From Nitrospirota bacterium (GTDB lineage Bacteria > Nitrospirota > UBA9217), in assembly GCA_963796285.1 (NCBI GenBank), contig CAWCKW010000012.1:64001-128000 (forward strand): 64,000 nt of DNA. The letters are read 5' to 3'. The translations under genes were made by a program, and so were the position numbers. This document shows, one piece after another, positions 20,119 to 28,574 of the stretch. The notes under the pieces were generated by a model. The model worked only from the letters and a program-made list of their open reading frames with translations, did not search any database and had not been told where the DNA came from. Position 1 is the first letter of the stretch, and every line of letters starts with the position of its first letter.

Positions 20119-20577
20119 TCAAGCTGCCGACGTTGTTGCCGCCTGAACAGCACGTCGAAGTTCGAGCGGTGATGCGACCGCTTTAAACTCTTCTCGCGTG
20201 CCGCCGGTGCCGGTAACAACGATGTCGCCGTAACCGAGCATTTTCCCCAACAGCCCCTGATTCACGCTGATGGCTTCGACTTTCGTGTGCAGCAGCTCCA
20301 CGGTGCGAGTAGTAAAGACCCCTAGTTTGACAATAATGCGCTTATTCGTAACCGCGAATTCTGAATTAGCCCGTTTGATGAACGGAACAAGGATCAAGAG
20401 TCCAGCCAAAATTAATAAGATCAGTCCAGTTCCTTTTGCCCCACTGCCGAATAAGCCTATCGACGCAAGGAGCAGGATGCCGGCGAAGAATCCGGGAACC
20501 AGAAAGACTTGCCAATGAAGTTTTGATCGGTACATAACGTTTTCGCCGGGGAGAAGCTGTGAGTCTACGTAGCTCAT
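20119..20577 (-). CDS. bacterial PH-domain (bPH) membrane protein
   Basis: MSYVDSQLLPGE, two TM helices, EFAVTNKRIIVKLG, QGLLGKMLGYG. Confidence 0.85.
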   Translation of the reverse strand: MSYVDSQLLPGENVMYRSKLHWQVFLVPGFFAGILLLASIGLFGSGAKGTGLILLILAGLLILVPFIKRANSEFAVTNKRIIVKLGVFTTRTVELLHTKVEAISVNQGLLGKMLGYGDIVVTGTGGTREEFKAVASPLELRRAVQAATTSAA

Positions 20578-20612
20578 GAATGCCTCCTTGGATTCTTAAT
20601 GAGAGTATGGTT

Positions 20613-20882
20613 GGGGACATCGGCTCTTATGATGCATAATTGTCACCGCTACTTTTCCCCAATTTTGCAATCGTTCGGGTGATGCTCGACGTGTTCACAC
20701 CCAATTGCCATGCCATCTCCGCCATGGACAGCCCAAACTCATCCAAACTTCTCCTCGCTTGTCGCGGTATGCGTTCATTCTCTATGATGAAAAGCAAAGG
20801 CCTTACTTCCAAATATGGTATGCACCGTAAGAACCAATGTCCCCAAAGTGTCAATGTTGAAAGTCAAACAATATGGACCTGA
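20613..20882 (-). pseudogene. remnant C-terminal HTH of a REP-associated/IS200-like transposase
   Basis: DEFGLSMAEMAWQLGVNTSSITRTI resembles the C-terminal HTH of such transposases; ATGTCCCC motifs flank it in inverted orientation. Confidence 0.45.
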
Positions 20883-20933
20883 CGATAAGGGGGTTCCTAA
20901 GAGATTTCGAATCTGCGCATCCTTTCGTACGTC

Positions 20934-21323
20934 CTAAGCAGAGTTCCTGAGTACTGCTGCCAGGGCCGCAGGCTCAGCCACGCTCACCATGAGTTGCCGC
21001 AAGCGGACCGGGAAGCCCATGACGTACCCGCGCTGGCTCGGTGTCAGGTCGATCGTCAGGATTCCCTGTCCCGATCCGTTCACCAGCCATCGACCCGCGA
21101 ATCCATGCACCCCACGACTGAGCGGGCGCTCATGCGTTTCCGACGCTGAGGCGACGGCTGCTCTCGGGAAGCGAGATCGAAATGCCCAACCCATTCGGAC
21201 GCTGACCTGCTCGCTGTCTACCTCGACGTAGGAACTCGAAGGGGGCAGAAACAACGCACTCGACAGAATTCCGTACCACACGTCGAACCGAATGGGAAAT
21301 CGCTGAGGTCTACCGTTGTTCAT
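20934..21323 (-). CDS. hypothetical protein
   Basis: VRMGWAFR, GVHG..GRWLVNGS..G pattern; AAGGA RBS before the ATG at 21323. Confidence 0.65.
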   Translation of the reverse strand: MNNGRPQRFPIRFDVWYGILSSALFLPPSSSYVEVDSEQVSVRMGWAFRSRFPRAAVASASETHERPLSRGVHGFAGRWLVNGSGQGILTIDLTPSQRGYVMGFPVRLRQLMVSVAEPAALAAVLRNSA

Positions 21324-21472
21324 AATTCCTTTCATCGAAGCGCCGCCAGGTGCGGCGGGTGTCGCCACTCTCTCGAGCCGAATGGTTGGAATCATCGTCA
21401 GGTTTCACTCCGTTCTATCCGACCTGCCATCTTGGCGCAAGGAACCGCTTGGTTAGGCCTTGAGCCCTGACG

Positions 21473-22342
21473 TTAAGGAGCTGACGGGTTAGCAAGATTG
21501 AATTCAGATTCAGCACGCTCGTTCCATAGAACTACTCCACGCATCGTATCATCGTACGAGGAGGTGAAATCGAAGCTGAGCACGATAAGGCCTCCAACGC
21601 CGGCAGCAACATCTAATGAAGAAGTATGGTGGCCATGGGCAGCAGCATAAACAGGTGCAGCCACCGCCAGGAGTGCCGCAACTGCAATACCCAGCCGAAC
21701 TAAACCATTGCGCGTTTCACCGAGATACATTTGCCCGAATCCGGGGATAAGAGATCGGACAGCGGCAGTTTCTTTTGACTTCCACGGAATTGTTTTTGCT
21801 TCTTTGGCAAATGCCGCCAATGATGAATTCGGCTGCTCTTTGATGAGCTCGTCAAATGCTTCAGGTGAAGTACGCGGCAATCCTTGAGCACCCACAGATC
21901 GATAAGCCCAGCCTAGCCGATAAAGTGTGAGGGGCCTCAGTTTTGTTTGCGGATGCAGTTCAAGAAGTGTTTCCCAAATTTGAACCGCACTGTCCGGCGC
22001 TCGAAAGCGTAAATCTTCCAAATCCAATGATCCGGCCAGGCTTTGGAATCCAGGGAAGTCGGTGATGGCAGCAGCGGCCTCAGCCAGATATTTTCCAGTG
22101 CTTCGTTCAGGGGGTAAGAACCTGTATCGATAAAAACCTTCTGCCTGCAGAAAAAGACTGCGTTCGGATGGCTCTGGCTTATATTCATCTACGGTCTTTT
22201 CGGTGCGTTGAAGCTGCTGCTGTGCTGTGGAAAATGTCTGATCATCTTGACGAATCAGCACTGAGTTAGCGGAACATGCATTTAGCAAACCACCGATCAG
22301 CATCATACCGATGTATTTTACGGCATGCGGAAATTTATCCAT
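21473..22342 (-). CDS. hypothetical lipoprotein with a TPR-like segment (gene cassette)
   Basis: Lipobox-like LNAC, LYRLGWAY, SLIPGFGQMYLG; bounded by GTTAGAC (22374-22368) and GCCTAAC (21458-21452). Confidence 0.75.
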   Translation of the reverse strand: MDKFPHAVKYIGMMLIGGLLNACSANSVLIRQDDQTFSTAQQQLQRTEKTVDEYKPEPSERSLFLQAEGFYRYRFLPPERSTGKYLAEAAAAITDFPGFQSLAGSLDLEDLRFRAPDSAVQIWETLLELHPQTKLRPLTLYRLGWAYRSVGAQGLPRTSPEAFDELIKEQPNSSLAAFAKEAKTIPWKSKETAAVRSLIPGFGQMYLGETRNGLVRLGIAVAALLAVAAPVYAAAHGHHTSSLDVAAGVGGLIVLSFDFTSSYDDTMRGVVLWNERAESEFNLANPSAP

Positions 22343-22367
22343 ATTGTGATGGCTCCGTGTTTTTACG

Positions 22368-22426
22368 GTCTAACGCGGCGCTGACGCGCCGACTTTGGCG
22401 CGTCGCTGTCGAGCGCCAGGTTATTT
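22368..22426 (-). repeat. intact 59-bp attC site
   Basis: Minus strand AAATAAC-CTGGCGCTCGACAGCGACGCGCC-AAAGTC-GGCGCGTCAGCGCCGC-GTTAGAC; R'' overlaps the TAA stop of the upstream gene. Confidence 0.88.
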
Positions 22427-23386
22427 CACATATAGAGGGACGGCAGCGTCCATGACAACATCTTCCGTCTTGTTGGTTTTGATATTATGTGACCTAATCA
22501 ACCCACCATCAGGACCTTCCGCTGTTTCGTAGTACACGATTTCATTGTTCACACCACCCAGCGTAAATAATGCCGGTGAAAAACCCGGCTGAATCATCGT
22601 CGAAGGTTTTAGTGTTTTTGTTTTAATATCGTAAATGGACAATACGTTTGCAGCAACACCATCAGAAACGACAACTTGATCGCTGCTGAGCCAAACGGAA
22701 CTCATACCACTGCTAATTTCAGTCGTCTTGTGTCTAGAGTTGCTCAGGTCCATGAGGTAAACACCCCATTTCTTGGCCGAAAAGGGATATAGTTTATCGA
22801 AAAAACCAAATCTGAACGAAGCAAAGGATAACCATTTGCCATCAGGTGACCACTTTACCTGGCTATGTGGAAAAGGCACGTCCTGTGTTACGTCGTCTAT
22901 TTTCTTAGACTTTATATCGATTATGATAATGTGTCTCACCCGCTCCTTTACCGGTTTAAAGAAATAACTTAATCTGACATCCATTTGCTCTTTCGTGTGG
23001 CTTATTAAAGCAATCTTGTCGCCAAGGGGTGAAAATGAAGGCTGGCTTGCATCGGTTGTTACTTCCGCAATAAAGGTTTCAGTTCCTGATTCCGTATCAT
23101 ATACATAAAGCTTTTTCAATGCTCTTATGTATGCGATTTTTCTCGCATCGGTGGATACAGTGTAATTGCGAATGTCTCGACTGGAAGTTAATCGTTTTTC
23201 TGATTTGTTCTCGATGTTATACGCCCAGATATCGTCATTACGCAAAAAAAGTAGTTTATTTTGTATGTCCGATTTATTAATCTTTGTCGCGTCACTGGCA
23301 AGGCTAACACCACTGACACCAAAGGCAACAATGATTATAGATACAAGTACCGCAGTTATTAGCTGCAATTTGTAGCATATTTGCAT
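22421..23386 (-). CDS. exported TolB-like/PD40 beta-propeller protein (first gene cassette)
   Basis: Signal peptide; STDARKIAY, PSFSPLGDKIA, WSPDGKWLSF repeats; AT-rich. Confidence 0.8.
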   Translation of the reverse strand: MQICYKLQLITAVLVSIIIVAFGVSGVSLASDATKINKSDIQNKLLFLRNDDIWAYNIENKSEKRLTSSRDIRNYTVSTDARKIAYIRALKKLYVYDTESGTETFIAEVTTDASQPSFSPLGDKIALISHTKEQMDVRLSYFFKPVKERVRHIIIIDIKSKKIDDVTQDVPFPHSQVKWSPDGKWLSFASFRFGFFDKLYPFSAKKWGVYLMDLSNSRHKTTEISSGMSSVWLSSDQVVVSDGVAANVLSIYDIKTKTLKPSTMIQPGFSPALFTLGGVNNEIVYYETAEGPDGGLIRSHNIKTNKTEDVVMDAAVPLYVK

Positions 23387-23398
23387 GTGCGTTTCTCC

Positions 23399-23417
23399 AT
23401 ATAACCAGTAATTAGCG
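23399..23417 (-). other. attI-like integron recombination site
   Basis: Minus strand CGCTAAT-TACTG-GTTATAT: 7-bp L box, 5-bp spacer, GTT R box, the same layout as attI1 (CCCTAAA-ACAAA-GTTRRRY); no attC hairpin upstream. Confidence 0.75.
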
Positions 23418-23426
23418 GTACGGAAT

Positions 23427-23456
23427 ACACTAGCATGGAACCGATTTGTGAGTCAA
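23427..23456 (-). promoter_or_regulatory. Pc-like cassette promoter
   Basis: Minus strand TTGACT-18 nt-TAGTGT with an extended TGn motif, pointing into attI. Confidence 0.6.
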
Positions 23457-23473
23457 TGAATTTGAGAAAAAAC

Positions 23474-23502
23474 TTGACGTATCTTGCGGATTTAATTAAA
23501 CT
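23474..23502 (+). promoter_or_regulatory. divergent sigma70 promoter (Pint-like position, now upstream of rph)
   Basis: TTGACG-17 nt-TAAACT. Confidence 0.65.
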
Positions 23503-23639
23503 TCGAGCAAATGACTAATATGCATATAGTGATATTAAAAAATTATTGAGACTAATATGCAATTTCGGTATTAGCTAATTCCAGGAGGAGAAGGAATTCG
23601 CCGGCCCGCTGGATTTTTAAAGCTGAGAGGAGACATTTA

Positions 23640-24352
23640 ATGCGTAGTGACGGAAGAAAGGCGGACGAACTCCGCAAGATAAAGATAACCAGGAACTACA
23701 TCAAGACAGCTGAGGGTTCGGTGCTGATCGAGATGGGCGACACCAGGGTCATCTGCACGGCCACGGTCGAAAATCCGTCCCTCCTTTTTTGCGCGGCAAA
23801 GGAACGGGCTGGGTCACGGCTGAATACGCCATGCTTCCACGTTCCTCGGGTCAGAGGATCCAGCGCGAGCGGAGCAAGGTGGGCGGCCGTACGCACGAGA
23901 TCCAGCGGCTCATCGGCAGGTCCCTTCGCTCGGTTGTCGATATGAAGGCGCTCGGCGAACGGTCCGTGCTGATCGATTGCGACGTGATCCAGGCGGACGG
24001 CGGCACGCGCACCGCATCGATCACCGGGGCGTACATCGCGCTCGTCGATGCGCTCCGCCATATTGAAAAGCAGGGGCTGATCAAGTCTGTGCCGGTCACG
24101 GACTACCTTGCCGCGATCAGCGTCGGCATCGTAGACAACAAACCCATGCTCGACCTGTGCTATGTCGAGGATTCGACAGCGGAAGTGGACATGAACCTGG
24201 TGATGACGGGCAAGGGAAAGATCGTTGAGGTGCAGGGCACTGCCGAGGGCGAACCCTTCTCCAGGGCCGAGCTCGGCAAGCTGCTCGGGCTCGGCGAAAA
24301 GGGCATCAAGATGCTGGTCAAGAGACAACGGGCGCTCTTGAACAAGTCTTAG
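23640..24352 (+). CDS. rph: ribonuclease PH; one-base frameshift near 23770
   Basis: [57 protein letters not shown] split over two frames. Confidence 0.93.
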
Positions 24353-24394
24353 ATGCAAGAAAGCGGGTAAATTTAAGGATAGAAAAAATGCTGA

Positions 24395-24556
24395 ACCGCC
24401 GAGACGCGGAGACGCAGAGGTCTCTTGAAATTGATGAACTAGATGGTTTGTTCAGGTCGGGAACATTAAAATTCATCAACTTACCTGACGGTCGATTCTA
24501 AAAACCCAGGGCCTTTTCAGCAATTGGTTTTCTCTGCGTCTCCGCGTCTCCGCGGT
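24395..24556. repeat. inverted repeat element with 9-nt periodic arms
   Basis: ACCGCCGAGACGCGGAGACGCAGAG ... CTCTGCGTCTCCGCGTCTCCGCGGT (24/25 complementary). Confidence 0.85.
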
Positions 24557-24652
24557 GAATGATGGAAGTTAAGGAAGCTCAATAACTCCATCGATGTTAT
24601 TTTCATACGTGTCTCATCCGTCTGAATCCGCTCCGAAAAAGTCGAGGTTCTC

Positions 24653-25222
24653 TTGTCCCTCTTGACGATCTTCTTTATCACCTTCGGCCTCATCTTCACC
24701 GCTGAACTCGGCGACAAGACGCAGCTCATGGTCTTTACCCTTGCGCTTCGCTACGGAGGACGGCCGGTCCTTGCCGGGGCGTTCCTTGCCTTCGCGATGC
24801 TGTCGGGAAGCGCCGCGATCGTGGGGAGGGGAGTGGGTGAGCTGTTGTCGCCCGTCCTGATCACGCGCATCTCTGCCTGGGTGTTCATCCTCTTTGGCCT
24901 GTACATGTTGCTGCGCAAGACTGAGGAAGAATCGCCGGAGCAAATCAAACCGTCTGCACGGGCCGGGTTCATCGCGGCCTTCAGTCTGATCGCCATCTCT
25001 GAGATGGGGGACAAGACGCAGATCGCGACGCTGCTCCTGTCCGTAAAATATCAGAGCTTCCTCGCGGTATTCCTCGGCAGTCTTGCCGCCCTCAGCTTCG
25101 CCACGCTGATCGGGATCCTCGTTGCCGGCAGGCTCCATACGTTCATCCCGGCCAGATACATCCGTCCGGCATCCGGCATTCTCTTCGTTCTTCTCGGCAT
25201 CGGCACTCTTGTACTTGCGTGA
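24653..25222 (+). CDS. TMEM165/GDT1 (UPF0016) Mn2+/Ca2+ transporter
   Basis: Two E-x-G-D-K-T-Q motifs (ELGDKTQ, EMGDKTQ). Confidence 0.92.
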   Translation: MSLLTIFFITFGLIFTAELGDKTQLMVFTLALRYGGRPVLAGAFLAFAMLSGSAAIVGRGVGELLSPVLITRISAWVFILFGLYMLLRKTEEESPEQIKPSARAGFIAAFSLIAISEMGDKTQIATLLLSVKYQSFLAVFLGSLAALSFATLIGILVAGRLHTFIPARYIRPASGILFVLLGIGTLVLA

Positions 25223-25341
25223 CCAGCATTTTCCGAACTGATAGTTGTTGAAAATTCAGTTGCCCTTCGCTATACTTTCTTTCAGTCCTTCGGGACAGCG
25301 GGAGCAGATCCCGACCTACGTGAGAATTCTTCGAGGTCATC

Positions 25342-26196
25342 GTGAATTTATCCACACTATTTCAAAAAGCACCTGAAATGAGCGCAGAAGCTGTGAAGGA
25401 GCTGATGAAACAGAAAAAGCCGGGCGAGTATAACCTGATCGATGTTCGCCAGCCGGGCGAATACGAGCAGGGACATATCCCGGGCGCGAAGCTCATCCCC
25501 ATTGCAGAACTGGCGTCACGGGTGGGCGAGATCGATCCTGCAAAACCGACCATCCTGTATTGACAAGCGGGTAATCGCAGCCGGGCTGCTGCGGGAATGC
25601 TCAGGAACGCAGGTCTCACGAACATGTTCAGCATGCACGGCGGCATGAAGGCATGGAAGGGGTTCGTCGCAAGCGGTCCGCCCGATGCCGGCATGGCTTA
25701 TTTCCCCTCTGACTCCAGGCCGGAAGAGCTTATCGCCCTGGCGTGGTCGCTGGAAGAAGGTTCGCGCCGCTTCTATGGCGCTCTGGCCGGATCGCTCCAG
25801 GACCAGGAGGCCATGGCGTTTTTTCAGGGATTAGCAGGCGCCGAAGCAGGTCACGAGGCCATGCTGCTTGCCCTGTATCAGGAGGTAACCAATGACCGCC
25901 GTGTTGCAAAGATTCCCGACTCGCTTTTTTCCGGCATTGTTCCCGGCGAGGTGATGGAGGGGGGGATGAGCGTGGAGCAGGCCCTGGAGTGGACCACGGG
26001 CAAAGGCATCAGCGACATCCTCGATCTTTCCATGGCCCTTGAATCGTATTCCTACGACCTGTATCTCAAGATGGAGCGCGCCCTCACCGATGGAAATGCA
26101 CGGCGCGTGTTCCTAGTCCTGGCCGGGGAGGAGGAAAAACATCTGGAAAGAATGGCCGCGCTTATCGAGAACAGACGATCTCCGGATGCACAGTAA
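25342..26196 (+). CDS. probable selenoprotein: rhodanese (Sec at the catalytic position) fused to a ferritin/rubrerythrin-like domain, 284 aa
   Basis: ORFs 25342..25563 and 25597..26196 are in frame across TGA 25561-25563 and read ILY-U-QAGNRSRAAAGML...HGGMKAW; C-terminal ExxH pairs (EAGH, EEKH). Confidence 0.88.
25576..25593 (+). promoter_or_regulatory. SECIS-like hairpin
   Basis: CGCAGC-CGGGCT-GCTGCG starting 12 nt after the in-frame UGA. Confidence 0.65.
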
Positions 26197-26314
26197 TGTA
26201 AGCCCACTCTTTGCCTCATCCCGTTGGATCCGACAAAGCCTTTCCTCTTGACAAAAACCGCCGCACGACTTAATATTAAACACTTGTTTTAAAGCTAAAG
26301 GATCAAATCCATTT

Positions 26315-26734
26315 ATGGAAAAAACACGTTCCTTCCTGTTTTTGTTCAGCTTTCTGCTCCTGTCTTCCACGTCAGTCATGGCGCAATATCCGGTCATCGA
26401 CGCGGAACAACTGCGGTCATATGTAACCGGAAACAAGAAAGTAATGCTTGTAGACTCGAGGACATCCGAGGAATATCAGCAGGCGCACATCCCCGGCGCC
26501 ATCAATATCATGCCGGACGAGATGAAGACCAAGGCCGCACGTTTGCTGAAGGATAAAACAGCTTCGGTCATTTTTTATTGCAGAGGCATGGGCTGAGGAC
26601 TCAGCCGCATGGCCGCAGGTGCGGCCATTGAGATGGGATACACCTCTATCATGATATATCAGGCAGGCATGCCTGATTGGTTATTGAAAGGTTACCCCGT
26701 GCAAAAGGGCAAGAAGCCGGGGAAATTAAAGTAG
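26315..26734 (+). CDS. probable exported selenoprotein rhodanese (CxxxxU), 139 aa
   Basis: Signal peptide, VDSR..EEY..AHIPGA, FYCRGMG-U-GLSRMAAGAAIEMGYTSIMIYQAGMPDWLLKGYPV; the domain is completed only by reading through TGA 26594-26596 to TAG at 26734. Confidence 0.88.
26600..26632 (+). promoter_or_regulatory. SECIS-like hairpin
   Basis: Lower stem CTCA/TGAG; upper stem ATGGCCGC-AGGT-GCGGCCAT starting 12 nt after the UGA. Confidence 0.8.
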
Positions 26735-26766
26735 TATCAGTTCAATTTTCAGGGGAGCGTCGTTCT

Positions 26767-27585
26767 ATGGCCATCAAAAGGGAAAAATCAAATTATACGA
26801 TCCAGTCAGTTTCGCATGCGCTCGACATTCTGGAATCATTCACCAGGACCGAGGACGAACTCGGCGTGACGGAATTGTCGAAGAGGCTGGGACTGCACAA
26901 GAACAACGTGTTCCGGCTGCTTGCCACGCTTGAGCACCGCGGCTACATCGAACAGAACAGCTCGAGCGAGAACTACCGCCTCGGCCCCAAGACACTCCAG
27001 ATCGGGGCGATCTTCATCGACCAGCGCGAGTGCCGCCGGCAGGCGAGGCCGATCCTCGAGAACCTTATGGCGGCATCGGGAGAGACGGCGGTTGTGGCCG
27101 TCCTGCGCGGGAACAAAGTGATCTATATGGACAGCGTGGAGACGTCCAGGACGGTCCGCGCGACCTCGCGCATCGGCGCCATGCACCCTGCACACTGCAC
27201 CGCAGTCGGCAAAGTGCAGCTTGCGGCCCTGCCGGCTGGTGAGATCGAGCGGTTGTACCCGGAAATGAATTTGACACCGCTTACCGACAAGAGCATCAAG
27301 ACACGAGATGTTCTGCTCAATGAACTGAAAAAGATCACTGAGAAAGGGTATGCGTTCGAGACCGAGGAGGCCGATCTTGACGTGCGGAGCATTGCTGTTC
27401 CGGTCAGGGACTTCTCCCGCAAAGTGATCGGCGCAGTAGGTATTGTCGCGCCGTCGCACCGGCTGACGGAAGAGCTGCTGGAAAAGGGCGATCTGCTATC
27501 CTTGGTGCAGGACGCAGGCAAGGCCATCTCAGTGAAGATGGGATTCATCGCACAAGCGCGGGAACAAGTGATACATTGTACCTGA
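26767..27585 (+). CDS. IclR-family transcriptional regulator
   Basis: IQSVSHALDILE, HTH LGVTELSKRLGLHKNNVFRLLATL, HCTAVGK. Confidence 0.93.
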   Translation: MAIKREKSNYTIQSVSHALDILESFTRTEDELGVTELSKRLGLHKNNVFRLLATLEHRGYIEQNSSSENYRLGPKTLQIGAIFIDQRECRRQARPILENLMAASGETAVVAVLRGNKVIYMDSVETSRTVRATSRIGAMHPAHCTAVGKVQLAALPAGEIERLYPEMNLTPLTDKSIKTRDVLLNELKKITEKGYAFETEEADLDVRSIAVPVRDFSRKVIGAVGIVAPSHRLTEELLEKGDLLSLVQDAGKAISVKMGFIAQAREQVIHCT

Positions 27586-27654
27586 CCTTGAGCGTATTGG
27601 CCAGGTGCAGGACTTTATTGACACTCCCGTTCAAGCTGTGTTATTATCGCGCAG

Positions 27655-28500
27655 ATGGTGATTGAACGAAAATGGGAACACCTCAAGACCCTGCTTCATG
27701 AGATGAGACGGGCCGTTCTCGCCTATTCCGGCGGCGTGGACAGCTCGCTTCTGCTCAGGGCCGCATCCGAGGTCATGGGTCCGCGCCTCATCGCGGTTAC
27801 GGCTGTTTCCGAGACCTATCCTGCCGGTGAACTGCAAGCGGCGAAGGACTTTGCCCGATCGCTGGGCGTCACGCACCGCATCCTCCACACGGAAGAACTC
27901 ACCTCGGAATCCTTTGTCCAGAACCCCCCTGACCGCTGCTATTATTGCAAAAAGGAGCTGTTTGACAAGCTGAGGCGGATTGCCGAAGCAGAAGGGATCT
28001 CCGCTGTCATCGAAGGGTCGAACACCGACGACCTGAAGGACCATCGTCCGGGTCGAACGGCTGCGGAGGAATATGCCGTCCGAAGCCCGCTCGTTGAGGC
28101 CGGACTTTCGAAGTCCGAGGTCCGCGAACTCGCACGCAGCCTGCACCTGTCTGTCTGGGACAAACCGTCGCTTGCCTGCCTTTCCTCCCGCATTCCCTAT
28201 GGCACACGGATCACGCCTGCGATCCTCCAGGCCGTTCAGACGGCTGAGGACCACCTGCGCGCTCACGGGTTCCGGCAGGTGCGCGTGCGTCACCACGGAA
28301 ACACCGCGAGGATCGAGGTTGACCGGTCCGACTTTCCGAAGTTGCTTTCGGACGGTGTCGCGGACCAGATCACAGCGGCGCTGAAGGAGATCGGCTATAC
28401 CTACGTCTGCCTGGACCTCGCGGGATACAGGACAGGAAGTATGAATGAGGGAATGAAACTCAGGAGTCAGGTATCGGAAGTCAGGAGTCAGGAGAAATGA
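27655..28500 (+). CDS. larE: ATP-dependent sacrificial sulfur transferase LarE family
   Basis: AYSGGVDS PP-loop, RCYYCK, RPG, ACLSSRIPYG, RVRHHG, GYRTGSMN. Confidence 0.9.
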   Translation: MVIERKWEHLKTLLHEMRRAVLAYSGGVDSSLLLRAASEVMGPRLIAVTAVSETYPAGELQAAKDFARSLGVTHRILHTEELTSESFVQNPPDRCYYCKKELFDKLRRIAEAEGISAVIEGSNTDDLKDHRPGRTAAEEYAVRSPLVEAGLSKSEVRELARSLHLSVWDKPSLACLSSRIPYGTRITPAILQAVQTAEDHLRAHGFRQVRVRHHGNTARIEVDRSDFPKLLSDGVADQITAALKEIGYTYVCLDLAGYRTGSMNEGMKLRSQVSEVRSQEK

Positions 28501-28574
28501 AACAAAACACGATGGATCCTGCTTCTGAATTCTGGCTCCTCGGCTTCTGACGTCTCTTATTTAGGAGTTAACGA

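Larger units (their letters stand above)
12243..23417 (-). mobile_element. integron gene-cassette array with attI but no integrase (CALIN-like)
   Basis: Mostly minus-strand short unrelated ORFs separated by attC-like imperfect palindromes; attI-like site at 23399-23417; no intI in the window. Confidence 0.8.
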
